A DNA stretch of 63,900 nt, the filler included, from Stramenopiles sp. TOSAG23-3 (taxonomy: Eukaryota): assembly GCA_900128585.1 (NCBI GenBank). It is 4 parts of 4 records of this genome, joined end to end, with 100 filler letters (N's around TTAATTAATTAA, not from the genome) between each part and the next. Parts side by side here need not be neighbours in the genome. Positions count along the whole stretch, not along the records: positions 16,029 to 31,935 come from LT642507.1; 3 more parts are not named here. One strand, written 5' to 3'. A program made the position numbers and the translations under genes. Below are positions 18,877-29,706 of the stretch, piece by piece (the stretch's first letter is position 1; every line of letters begins with the position of its first letter). The notes below the pieces were generated by a model, which was not told the DNA's origin, ran no database searches, and saw only the letters and a program-made list of their open reading frames with translations.

Positions 18877-19953
18877 TCATTCTGTGCATGTTTCCCCGTC
18901 TGCTTTCCGTTTTCTGTTTTTTTTCACGTCTGCAAAGAGGTGAATGATTTTTGCGCCCGGGGCAATTGTTTTCAGCAATTCTATTGAACTCTGCAGATGG
19001 TGGACTGGAGCGCCCCTTTTTTCCACGAGCACGGCCTCCTGAATCGATGCAAAATCCCTTACACCACATGCGCGCAAGGCAACGAGTGCTGCTTGCATTG
19101 GTGGTAATGATGGGTTGTATGCTGCATTTTCAACGTAGAAACCGGGGCAAATAATTATCTCCTCCCTCCCCTCGCTTTCGTCCCTTCCCTGCTCTGTCGA
19201 TTCGGACTGATCCAGTTCTACTTTTTTTCTAATGCTTTTTCCCCGGCGAGCAACAAGCGAGATTCCTGCTGGAGAGTTCGTGTACGGCGAATAAGACCTA
19301 TTGGCAGCATCCAGAGCCGCTTTTACCGCTTTCGGATTATTGTTTGAACTTATCGAATCGTCCGCGCTCGAACTGCTGATTTCAAGATTATTATCAAGCG
19401 TATCCAGAAAGCGATCCGTCGCGCCCAAGTCCGACGGGCCAAAAGCGTACGGCAATATTGCCGACATTTTTTTGTCCACTTGAGGGTTTGTAATAAGAAC
19501 CCTTATATTACTTGCACCGGGCAACTCGTTCAAAAACTGTCGACAGTGACCACAAGGGGCTGCGTTCACGGCAAACATAGTGATGGCTTTCTCGCCGCGG
19601 TATGCAGCATTTGCCAACATGCACTGTTCCCCGTGGATTGTTGCCCCGATTCGCTCCCCAGTAAACTCCATATTGCAACCAAAATATACATTACCACTTT
19701 CACCAAGGCCCGCCACACCGACATAAAACGAACTAATGGGTGGAATCGCGTTGCCTTTGATATGTTCGACTAAATTCTTAAGAAGCGTTGAAGTCTCCCA
19801 TTGAAACTCATTTTCCAACTTCACCCTCTCTTCCTTAGTCAGCATCATACGATCATACGCAGCGCACTTCTTCAAGGCTTTATCAAGAGCCACGAATTCC
19901 ACCGTGGCCGAAGGTGGAACTGGGGACAACGCGGAGACGTAAGTATCCGTCAT
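18877..19953 (-). CDS. cdd: Cytidine deaminase, two-domain homodimeric type
   Basis: PPISSFYVG, GCNMEF, Zn site HGEQC...PCGHCRQFLNEL, second domain SYSPYT...ENAAYNPSLPPMQAAL. Confidence 0.93.
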   Translation of the reverse strand: MTDTYVSALSPVPPSATVEFVALDKALKKCAAYDRMMLTKEERVKLENEFQWETSTLLKNLVEHIKGNAIPPISSFYVGVAGLGESGNVYFGCNMEFTGERIGATIHGEQCMLANAAYRGEKAITMFAVNAAPCGHCRQFLNELPGASNIRVLITNPQVDKKMSAILPYAFGPSDLGATDRFLDTLDNNLEISSSSADDSISSNNNPKAVKAALDAANRSYSPYTNSPAGISLVARRGKSIRKKVELDQSESTEQGRDESEGREEIIICPGFYVENAAYNPSLPPMQAALVALRACGVRDFASIQEAVLVEKRGAPVHHLQSSIELLKTIAPGAKIIHLFADVKKNRKRKADGETCTE

Positions 19954-20726
19954 TGCGATAAAGTTTCTTCACCAACAAAAATTAAGTGTTTCTCAAAAAC
20001 CCTCAGTTTTGTTTAATCACAAACATACTCTGAATCGTCTTAGGATTACAACGATTTAACAAACACTGTTCGTTGTTTGTATCTACCACAGGAGGTGGTA
20101 TTAATCAATATTATTATTTAAATATTTTATTATTATTAATTTAATATAATATTAATTACACTGTATTATTACATAATATTATTATTATTATTTTTTATTT
20201 ATTTTTCGCCGTCGTCGTCCGCCCCGTCGTCCTGAGGAGATTATTATAATTTAAATTATACGTACATCATTAGTCCTCCTTCCTCCTCCTACTACTATTA
20301 TAATAATCGTATTATTAATAAATAATAATAATAATACTTTCATTTGAATTGAAGTTTAGCAGCACCACCACAGAGGAAGGAGGAAAGAAACCGAAATAGT
20401 ATACTAGTAGTAATAAAAAAATAAAAACTAGAAGAAGAAGAGAAGAGAGAAGAGAGAAGAAGAAACCTTGAAACCTTGAATGATGATTCATAATAATAAT
20501 TTAAAAAATAATAATAATAAATATATTATTACAAAAAATTGCAGAATATATATGTAGAATTATATGACATCGCATGGTAGATAAATATTTGTTGATCGTT
20601 GAAAACCTGACGCAATTGACTTTCTAATTAGGCAGTGTTAGACTCTTTATTTTTGTTGGAAAGGTGGATTTTTTTGGAACTACCATATCCATCGCTTCTG
20701 TTGTAGTATTCCACGTCTGACGAGCT

Positions 20727-21725
20727 ATGACAGAAAATGCAAACGAGGCCACCACAAATTTCGCAGCACCAGAAAGTCAGGTTGTTGGGCTTGGTGGGTA
20801 TGTAGTAAAGCCTGTGGTTAAAAGGGTGTCTATCCCTTTGAAAAAAGAAGGTGCGGCTTTTTGGGTACGGAGAGCAGTAGGAAACGTTGAGTATATAACA
20901 GACAAGGAAGCAGACCCATTTATTTTATTAGACGAGCTGGGCCCAAAAGTGTACAGGTCAGGGGAGTTCCCTGGGTCCCCGTGGCATCCGCACCGTGGTG
21001 TTGATACTGTCATGTACATGCTACAAGGTGAGGGTAGCTATGAGGACGTAAAAGGTCCCAAGGGAACTTTAAAGAAGGGGGATGTCCAATGGATCATGTC
21101 TGGCAGTGGAATAGAGCACATTGAAGGTACTGATCACCCGGGAGGGACTTTGCACGCCTTTCAGCTATGGCTAAACTGCAAGGCTTCGAAAAAGATGGCA
21201 GACCCTAGCTACCAAGACGTTCCCGGAGAAGATATTCCTTTTGTACATATAAAGAAAGGTTTGGATGTAAAAATATTGGCAGGTTTGTGTCACAAAACGA
21301 CAGGTGTCATTCAAACCCAGGTACCACTGCAATATTTGGATTTCAGGGTTATGGATACAGTTGAATATACGCACATAGCTCCGGTAGAAATGACCACGGG
21401 GATTGTGTACGTGTATCATGGCAGTGGTCTTTTTGGAGCCCAAGATATTGCGGCAAAGGAAGGGGATACTATTTTGTTAGGGAAAGGCGACTCACTCCGG
21501 TTCAAGTGTCAAAACGGTGGGCTGCCTCTTACCCAAAAGCGCATTTACCAAGAGGACCTGCGCTTCATCTTCTTGGCCGGTGCCCCACTAAATGAGCCCA
21601 TTTGCAGGCATGGGACGATGGTTTTGAATACGGCCGAAGAGATGGCGCTGGCGATCAAAGAGTACCAACAAAACAAGTTTCTAAAGACTGACCCGCTGGT
21701 CTTGCGCAAAATTAAGAGGGTGTGA
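20727..21725 (+). CDS. Pirin family protein
   Basis: DPFILLDE, PWHPHRGVDTVMYMLQG, GDVQWIMSGSGIEHIE, FQLWLN and PLNEPI..HG.MVLNT. Confidence 0.93.
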   Translation: MTENANEATTNFAAPESQVVGLGGYVVKPVVKRVSIPLKKEGAAFWVRRAVGNVEYITDKEADPFILLDELGPKVYRSGEFPGSPWHPHRGVDTVMYMLQGEGSYEDVKGPKGTLKKGDVQWIMSGSGIEHIEGTDHPGGTLHAFQLWLNCKASKKMADPSYQDVPGEDIPFVHIKKGLDVKILAGLCHKTTGVIQTQVPLQYLDFRVMDTVEYTHIAPVEMTTGIVYVYHGSGLFGAQDIAAKEGDTILLGKGDSLRFKCQNGGLPLTQKRIYQEDLRFIFLAGAPLNEPICRHGTMVLNTAEEMALAIKEYQQNKFLKTDPLVLRKIKRV

Positions 21726-21997
21726 AAGCGTATCATGGAGTGCTGCTTAAAAAAGAATAAGAAAAGAGTGTCACTCTTCTTATAAAAATTTGTTCGTGAT
21801 GTAGGGTCAACGATTTTTTTGACACGCTGGTTTGAGAAACAGCGCGGTAACGGTGGAAGTAGGACACGAAAATATATATTTTCCGGTTGATCGGTAGATT
21901 TACCAGAAATAAGTTTTCTAACTTTCTTAGCTTACTTCGTACTTTTAAAAAAACAAATTATATACTTTAAAAATGCTAAATGACATATCCTTGTAAA

Positions 21998-22029
21998 CTT
22001 AAATAACAGCCAATTTTCTTGTTTTTAAA
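21998..22029 (-). repeat. Dispersed ~30-bp intergenic element, copy 3
   Basis: CTTAAATAACAGCCAATTTTCTTGTTTTTAAA, the exact reverse complement of copy 1. Confidence 0.88.
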
Positions 22030-22069
22030 TCTTAAGAGAGACCATTTTGGTACTTTCTGCGCATTGGTC

Positions 22070-24104
22070 TTAATTGTCAGTGCTATCCCCAACGTCGTAG
22101 CAGGTTTGCCCGTCTTCGTTCAAGGCTTCGTCACCGGCGCCTTTCCCCAGCAAATAATCGAACAATTCCAAATGCTCGTACATGAAACAAAAATGCAACG
22201 CAGTGTTCCCAGCACGATTTTTTGCGTTTAAATCAGCACCGTATCGAAGACACAATTTCACGATACGCTTTTTGCCGTTCTGGCATGCAATCAACAGCAA
22301 TGTGTTGTCATGCGTGTCCCTGGAATCTACTGGCAGTCCGTTTTTAAGGGCGCTCAGCACGTCTGCGTATCTCCCGTGACGTGCGCGACTGAATACTGTC
22401 GCTGGGTCTGGTGCAGTCTGCCCGTTCATCGTTCCCCCAACAACATCACTACTGGGCGGCGCGTTGTTGTGACCTTCTCCCCGTTTGGTTGCAACGGCAG
22501 AAGAAATTTCTTCCCTGCTGTAGGGTGAGTGAAAAACTCGCGGCAGCGATGATGGGCGGACTGGCGATGCTCCTGCTGCTTCCATGTCCCCGGAAAGACC
22601 CCGCTTGGTTTCGGAGGCCAACACCACTGTGTGACCACCACTGCAAGAGATATCCATGACGTACCAGTCTTGCAAACCGTCCGCGTGGCAAGGCAAAGAG
22701 ACCGCCGCACCACCATCTAAATAAAAGTCTTTCTCGCCCCCACGTGCTCCTGGTGACACTTCAACGCCAAGCGACCCCCCTTCGCTACTCCCCCACGTAT
22801 AAACGGCCCCATCTTCTAATAATGCCATGCTCACGTCGCCCCCTGCAGCGACTGCAACGGTATTGCACCCCCTCAGCGATTCGACTGCCCGTGGCGAAAC
22901 GTAATTGTGCGGCGTCCCATGTCCGCATTGCCCGTCCGCGTTTTTGCCAAAGGTATACACATCGCCGCGGGTATCAAGGGCAACGGTGTGAAAATCACCG
23001 CAGGCAACTTGGTGCACAATCAGCGGGGTCCTCCTTGGGCCGTGCTTCACTACACGCGGCTGGTACACCACAGACTTGGAGACGCCCTGGTCCCAATTGT
23101 TTTCCCGTATAGCGCTTGGGCCATGGCCAAGACGTCCGTATTTTCCACCACCAAAAGTAAGCAAGTAACCTTGCACTGACAGAATCGCGGAGTGCTGCCG
23201 ACCACACGCTACTTGTGCGCATGCAAAGTCTTCGCGCAGCTTTATTGATTTTGGTTTATAGCGCACTTGCTTCGTTTCGGTCGGTGCAGATCCTAGCTGG
23301 CCATTCTTCCTCTGTCGCAGCAACGGTATGGCTGCCGCCACAAGCGACCGTATAAATGGTGTACTTCGACAACCCCCGAACTTCTCGCGGTCTCATGTAA
23401 TGGGTCTCGTCCGAACCATGGCCAAGAGCGCCGTCAAATCCACAACCCCATGTATGCAGTCTTCCCTTGTCGGTAATCAGCGCAGCATGTTTACGACCGC
23501 AAGAAATATAGACTGCCCGCTGCTTCACCCCAACGCCTCCTTTCAGAACGGAGTCGGCACTCCAGACCAGGGTAGGCTCCATGAGTATTTCTTCGAAGAG
23601 CATTCCCCACTGGTACACGTCCCCACGGTCGGAGAGTGCCATGGAACCGTACGTGCTGGATTTTACAGAGTTGACGTCATTCACGCCCCCTTCTGCTTTC
23701 TCGGTAAATTCGGGGCCATATTTTTTCTCCAGTGCGGCAAACAGGGCCTGCTCCCGGCCAATGAACTTGGTCAGCAGTTCCTCTACTTCTTCTAATTTAT
23801 CTTGGTTGTACCGTTTGTAAAAAGCGACCAAGCGGTTTCTCCAGTGCTCAAATATAGACTGCCGTTGCAAACTTTGCTCGTCCCCCGCTTTTGCAGCAGC
23901 GCTTCCAGCCCTTCGCACATTTACGTGCACTGGCGATGACGTATACTCGCCTTTGAAGCCCGGATTCCCTAACTGATAATAATACGCCAACCCAAACGTT
24001 AAAATTTTCGTCTTCAATTTTTCACCACTCTCCTCCCCCGCCGAACTCGAGCCGCTTGTGCCCTGCCGATGGGGCGACGAGGAGTACGAAGCAATGGACG
24101 CCAT
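22070..24104 (-). CDS. RCC1-repeat plus C-terminal ankyrin-repeat protein, split by a frameshifting lesion at about 23306
   Basis: RCC1 repeats in both ORFs (ISCGRKHAALIT..GRLHTWG..FDGALGHG; VACGDFHTVALD..GDVYTFGKNADGQCGHG). Ankyrin repeats DNTLLLIACQNG and GNTALHFC. Confidence 0.82.
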
Positions 24105-24448
24105 TTGCGTTCCAGTCCCCTGGCAGTGTCTTTCTTGTCGAAAAATCTCAATGTGATAATTTGCGTCTTATTTCACAACAAAATAACACGTATACATTTT
24201 GACTTTATCAATATAATAAGTTGAACCACCCATTAGATGTACACACCCATTTGAAATTTGAAACTCAGTCACAAAAAATCATTACTTTGAAAAATTAACA
24301 GGTGAATATAATAGCAAAAAAATTCAACAACAAAAGAAAAAACAATACGACGATTACAATAAAAGTAGTTTTTTTTCATTATTATTTATTATTATTATAT
24401 ATTACTACTGGTAATATAATAATAGAAAAAAAGAAGAGAAGAAGAAGA

Positions 24449-24494
24449 GAATGAAAATGAAAATGAAAATGAAAATGAAAATGAAAATGAAAAT
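24449..24494. repeat. (GAAAAT)n microsatellite
   Basis: About seven perfect hexamer units. Confidence 0.9.
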
Positions 24495-24538
24495 AGACGA
24501 CTACGAGGGACTTGTGGTAAGGTGTACTGGTCTAAATA

Positions 24539-25471
24539 TTAGTAAATAGACACCATCATGCCGTAGTACGTAGGATGCTCGTCTGCCAAAAGTTCTGGTT
24601 TGAACCGTGTAAAATCTTCCATAAGCAGCCCATGAAGCATAACTAATGAGGGAAAGCCGCACGATAAAGCGTAAATTTCGATATTTGCGGCGTCAACCAA
24701 CAATGCGTTCGCGTGCTGTTTTGGGTTGCTCCCCCAAAGCCCGACATTTCGGTCAAACGGCGCTGCATATTTGGAAAAACCATACGGACCGCTTGCCAGG
24801 TGGGTATGTGCCAAGTCAGACGACGCGATGAAGACCACCCGTTTCGTTTCTAGAGAATCAAAATGTTTAAACAGAACTCGTCCTATATCTAGCAGCTCGG
24901 GCACCATCTCTTTAGAATGATTGTAGCGTCGTAACGGGTGGCTCAAAACTACAATTTTGGCACGCTTCAAAGTAGAGTTGCTCAAAAAGGAGAGGGGTAT
25001 AATTTCACCCCAACGAAAGGCCTGTGGTTCCGAGTCCGCAAATGACAGCAAGGCCGATACATTTCGTTTCATCTTGCGGAGAGAAGACACCACGCTCTTT
25101 GACTCGACAGGATCCATGGAAGCAGAGCGATAAATCTTGTACGTCGGAAAAGATTTGTTGTGCAAGTCTTGCCCTAACTCGGCATACCCTTTTCCTTTTG
25201 TATTTTCATAAATTGCAAAATTATTCGACAGCGCTACTCCGTGTGGAGTAGTTAAAAATATAATGTCTGGCTCTAGGCTATCAACGTACTTTCCTGCCCT
25301 TAGGGCAGCTTTGTGAACCTTCAGACTACCGTTTCTATCATGTACTAAGGTAGGGTCGTATGCAAAGTCACCGTGCGGTATTACAGCTGCACCAACAATT
25401 ATCGACTGGACAGAACTGAACTTTGAAAATACTAGAGCTAGCAATAGAAAATGGAAAGCACTGTTCCCCAT
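24539..25471 (-). CDS. LigB/Memo-like (class III extradiol dioxygenase fold) protein with a putative signal peptide
   Basis: AAVIPHG, PDIIFLTTPHG, WGEIIPLSFL, FIASSDLAH and terminal YYGMMV. Hydrophobic N-terminus after the ATG at 25471. Confidence 0.75.
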   Translation of the reverse strand: MGNSAFHFLLLALVFSKFSSVQSIIVGAAVIPHGDFAYDPTLVHDRNGSLKVHKAALRAGKYVDSLEPDIIFLTTPHGVALSNNFAIYENTKGKGYAELGQDLHNKSFPTYKIYRSASMDPVESKSVVSSLRKMKRNVSALLSFADSEPQAFRWGEIIPLSFLSNSTLKRAKIVVLSHPLRRYNHSKEMVPELLDIGRVLFKHFDSLETKRVVFIASSDLAHTHLASGPYGFSKYAAPFDRNVGLWGSNPKQHANALLVDAANIEIYALSCGFPSLVMLHGLLMEDFTRFKPELLADEHPTYYGMMVSIY

Positions 25472-26113
25472 AGCATGAAGTAATACTCCCTGTCTATTAC
25501 AGGAACCAATCGTCGTCCGCCCCTTCAATCCTGCGTTTCCTGTTATAGTATTTCCGGCAAAACCTATAAACTTTGGAAAATGAAAATATTAGTTCCTGTT
25601 TCTTTTCCACTAATTCTTCCACCAAAAAACTGTTAGTTGATTTTTTCTATAATAATAATAATTTTTTTATAATAAATTATTAGACTATTAATTTATTATA
25701 ATAATTTAAAAAAAAATACAATAATATTTATTTTACCGTACCAAACTCTACCAAGGGAAAGACAGGGACAACGCTACGATCAGTATATTAAAAAAAAATT
25801 GAACAATTTCTATTATTATTAGACTAATCGTCTAGTCTACGAGGATAGCTACAGTACTTGTTTTTTTAGAGCAAACTTCATTGTATTATTATTTATTAGT
25901 CGTTCTATGATTTATCTTCTATTATTTATTAGCTAATAAATAATAAGAGAAAGATCCAAAGACCAAAGAACGAAGAAGTCTTCAAAAATAAAAAATAAAA
26001 AAAAAAAGGGTTACGCCCTACACTCGTTCATATCTTAAGAAATACTACAAGTACACATTGCCTATATAACGGAAATAATCGTTCATATAAAAAATCAACA
26101 ATTTTTACAAAAA

Positions 26114-26230
26114 NNNNNNNNNNNNNNNNNNNNNNNNNNNNNNNNNNNNNNNNNNNNNNNNNNNNNNNNNNNNNNNNNNNNNNNNNNNNNNNNNNNNNNN
26201 NNNNNNNNNNNNNNNNNNNNNNNNNNNNNN
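26114..26230. other. Intra-scaffold assembly gap
   Basis: 117 N with no TTAATTAATTAA linker. Confidence 0.95.
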
Positions 26231-26595
26231 CAACTCGAAAAAGTTAAACACAAAGTTGCACAAGGTAAATAGCAGGCAAAATAACAAAAAAAGGAAGAAA
26301 AATGACATTGGAGTTTTTTTTTTTTTTTTCACTGTCGGATTTAAATGACTTCTACTCTTAATAATATTAATATTTAATTTTTTAATAATAATTTTATTTA
26401 TTATAATTTCTTTTTATTTTGTTGTTGTCTGGGACTTGATTTTTGTGCAGCGCGGTCTCTTCTTCTTCCCAGTGTTGTTGTTCTTCGAGATCCATCAAAA
26501 TATTTAAATTAAATAGAATATAAAACACACAAGGCCTTAAAACTAAAAATGTACATTTTTTACTAAAGTCGTGTGTCTATCTTTTTTTTTATTAA

Positions 26596-27120
26596 TTAAC
26601 ATCTAGTACACCGCTTTCTACAACGCCAATTGCCGCATTTAGACAAGCATGCATCTCTTCTTTTCATGCAGGCTGGGTAATTTCTTCTGTATAATGGACT
26701 GTCCCGTAACAAACAGCCGCGGACACTCCAGCAAGCTTTCTTTTTTCTTCGCAGCCTCCTTGATAACCCGACCCCGAGGTGGCTATATTGTCTTAGTCTC
26801 CTGCTTTGCTCCATCTGATCGAAAACTTCCAACGTGTCGTCTTCCGTTTCTTCAAGTTCGTCAAATATCGAATATCGGTTCCCAGGCACAGGAAGTACAG
26901 TATCCAAAGTATCTTCCGTTTCTTCAAGTTCGTCCATGCTTTCCAGGCAGACGCCTAATTTCCATTTCCGGCAATTGGGAACGGTCGTAGCGATGCAGAT
27001 CCCATTTCGCCATCTATAGCAAGTGCCGAAATAGCGGCCGAGGCGGCGGGCGTCAACGCCCGATCGAGATAAACCAACAGTGGCAACAACAAGTGCCAAA
27101 AGGATGAAGCAGTTCTTCAT
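26596..27120 (-). CDS. Secreted Cys-rich cationic multi-peptide precursor (hypothetical)
   Basis: Signal peptide MKNCFILLALVVATVG, three RRL motifs, duplicated acidic DELEETED spacer, 4-Cys and 8-Cys basic modules. Confidence 0.8.
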   Translation of the reverse strand: MKNCFILLALVVATVGLSRSGVDARRLGRYFGTCYRWRNGICIATTVPNCRKWKLGVCLESMDELEETEDTLDTVLPVPGNRYSIFDELEETEDDTLEVFDQMEQSRRLRQYSHLGVGLSRRLRRKKKACWSVRGCLLRDSPLYRRNYPACMKRRDACLSKCGNWRCRKRCTRC

Positions 27121-28223
27121 TGTCCGTGGTGTTTTTGTTTGTCGCGGTTTCGTTTGAAATGTATTTTGCGAATTTGTAAGTATTTAACTGTGACTCTTAG
27201 CCCATTTCTGTTTCGCTTTCATATCAACAAATTGCTTTGATGGTTCTGATGCAGAAGGGATTACAAAAGTCTCATCAACTAATAACAGAGGCGATCTTCT
27301 TTCTTTTCTTCAGCAGGTCCTCTTCTATTATATACCCAGGTACTACTTCCTTCTCATTTACTTCTTGGTACGTACAAAAGTACGGAAAAGGCACGAAATA
27401 ATTAGTCTTATACTGACTCGAAAATTATATGCTGTGTGGTGCTAATATATATTATACGTGTAATCAACACTTCTCATTTTATAAGTAGAGGAGTACATAC
27501 GAGGAGTACATAGTCTAAATATTGGGCCTTTATATTACCTCTCCCCCCTTTTTTGTCCATGACCTGTTTTTGCAAACTAGACTAAATTAACAGTTACTTA
27601 TTACATTAGTCTATAATAGACTACAGTATGACACTTCTTCTTTTCTTTAATTAACTATCAATTAAACATATTTTTACATAGTAATAATAGTGGGTTGATT
27701 GATTGATTACGAATATATTTAAATAAATACCACCAGTGGAACCAGGTGGTACATTTAAGGAGGAGTATTATAATAAAAGAAGTAGAAAAAAAGAAGAAAG
27801 AAAGAAGCGACTAAACAACAACTACGTAGTCTATTATGAAAACATCTTCTTCTTTTTTTTTTCTTCTTCTACTACTAAAAAAATTAATTATTATATTTAT
27901 TTTATTATTATTATTACTACTGGTATTATTCTATTTTTTTTTCAAAAACAAACTGCCGGCCTGTGGTGGACTGGGATATGGAATGAATACCGTTCCGTAA
28001 TGCTTTCTTTCTTTTTTGTGTAAAAGCCTGTACAACTAAAGAAAGAGAAGAGAGAGAGACTATTTAATTAAGTGTTTTTATTTCCAGGCGTTGGTAGACT
28101 ATACAAATATAATTTCATATTTGAATATAAATTGCGGGAGGTGTGTGTTTACATATACCCCGTGAATACTTGTCTCTCCCTTCTCTAGCGACGAAAAATA
28201 TTCAAATTGTTGTTAGGTGGAAA

Positions 28224-29597
28224 ATGAGTGCTTCAAGTAGGCAATCGTTCTCTTCGTTGACGAACGAGGACGATGACGAGGAGAATGGGCTTTCTGTTCA
28301 ACTGACCGACCTGAAAGGTAACAGTCAACAAAACCGTCCTGTCACCAACGACGATGAGCTTATGCTGTCCCCCGGAAAAGCAAAACGCTTTCCGTCCGTC
28401 TTGCGAGACGGATGGTGCAGCTACTTGCAAGTCGTCGCGAGGGAAATATTGCTTGGGCACTGGATGAACATTTTGATGCTCTTGACCCCACTTGCGTTTA
28501 TCTCAAAGTGGTCGAATTGGAGCGAAGGCGTCACGTTTGTCGCGTCCCTCCTTGCCCTTTGCCCGTTTGCGGAGCGGATTTCGTTTGTCACCGAAGATCT
28601 GGCAAAATATACGAACGATACCTTAGGTGGTCTGCTCAATGCCACCTTTGGGAATGTGACGGAAGTGATCGTCTGTATCTTTGCTTTGAAGCGCGGGCTT
28701 GTCCGCGTCGTTCAGGTGTCCATGCTGGGCTCTATTCTGTCGAACCTGTTGCTTGTCCTTGGCTGCGCGTTTCTAGTTGGCGGGGCCAAGTACCCCGAAC
28801 AGAAATTCAATGCCACGGCGGCCATCACAAACAGTGGCATGCTGCTCTTAAGCCTGTTCGCTCTCAGCTTGCCGACAATCTTGAGCTCGACGCACACCGG
28901 CGCCGGCAGCTTCTCTTCGTCCGTAATTGTTGCAGCCAACAATACGGCGGGTATTGTGACTACGGAGGGGGGGGATGCCCCCATAGGGCTGTCGCGCTTT
29001 GTGTCCTTCCTTATGCTCTTCATGTACTGCTGCTACTTGTTCTTTCAGATGTTCACGCACCAAGAGATGTTTGAAGGCCAAGAAGACGATGACGAAGAGC
29101 CGCCTGTTCTCGGCTTTTGGGGTGGTATTACCTTGCTTGGTGTTTTGACCTTGTTTATCTCCACCCTCTCTGACCTTATCGTTGATGCGATCGATGGCGC
29201 AGCGTCAGATTTGAAAATTCCTTACCTGTTCATTGGAACCATTTTAATCCCAATCGTTGGCAACGCTGCCGAGCACGCTGCTGCGATCATATTTGCGTAC
29301 CGCAACAAAATGGAGATAGCCATGGGCATTGCCGTAGGGAGCGCGGTTCAAATCAGTTTGTTTGTGATTCCCTTTTGTGTCGTCCTCGGGTGGATGATGG
29401 ACGTTCCGATGGACTTGGACTTTCACCCTATGGAAACCGTCACTGTCATTTTGACCGTGATCACCGTGGCTATTATGATCCAAGACGGGAAGAGCACTTG
29501 GCTGAAAGGTGTCCTTTTGATCGTTATTTATATCTGCATTGGGGCTGCTTTTTGGGCTCATTCTGATCCACGAAGTGAAAAAGAGAGAGGGTTGTGA
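28224..29597 (+). CDS. CAX: Vacuolar Ca2+/H+ exchanger (CaCA/CAX family)
   Basis: Alpha repeats GLLNATFGNVTE and PIVGNAAEH, acidic loop EGQEDDDEE, about 11 hydrophobic segments. ATG at 28224. Confidence 0.95.
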   Translation: MSASSRQSFSSLTNEDDDEENGLSVQLTDLKGNSQQNRPVTNDDELMLSPGKAKRFPSVLRDGWCSYLQVVAREILLGHWMNILMLLTPLAFISKWSNWSEGVTFVASLLALCPFAERISFVTEDLAKYTNDTLGGLLNATFGNVTEVIVCIFALKRGLVRVVQVSMLGSILSNLLLVLGCAFLVGGAKYPEQKFNATAAITNSGMLLLSLFALSLPTILSSTHTGAGSFSSSVIVAANNTAGIVTTEGGDAPIGLSRFVSFLMLFMYCCYLFFQMFTHQEMFEGQEDDDEEPPVLGFWGGITLLGVLTLFISTLSDLIVDAIDGAASDLKIPYLFIGTILIPIVGNAAEHAAAIIFAYRNKMEIAMGIAVGSAVQISLFVIPFCVVLGWMMDVPMDLDFHPMETVTVILTVITVAIMIQDGKSTWLKGVLLIVIYICIGAAFWAHSDPRSEKERGL

Positions 29598-29706
29598 AAA
29601 AATGAGAAGAGTGGTATGAGATGTTGTAATTCTTAATTTAATTCTTACTTCGAATATGTGTAATTTATTTTCATGTGGTACTTATGAAATTCATTGCGCG
29701 TGGTTT

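Noticed and set aside
22070..24104. Two separate RCC1 genes, or an intron at the junction
   Set aside because: The two frames abut in the middle of one RCC1 repeat with residues missing and no extra sequence to splice out.
16553..25528. Operon-like bacterial cluster or contamination (cdd, pirin, LigB-like, CCA enzyme)
   Set aside because: Alternating strands, microsatellite spacers, eukaryotic-type neighbours and the dispersed 3' motif shared with the dynein contig all point to the same eukaryotic genome.
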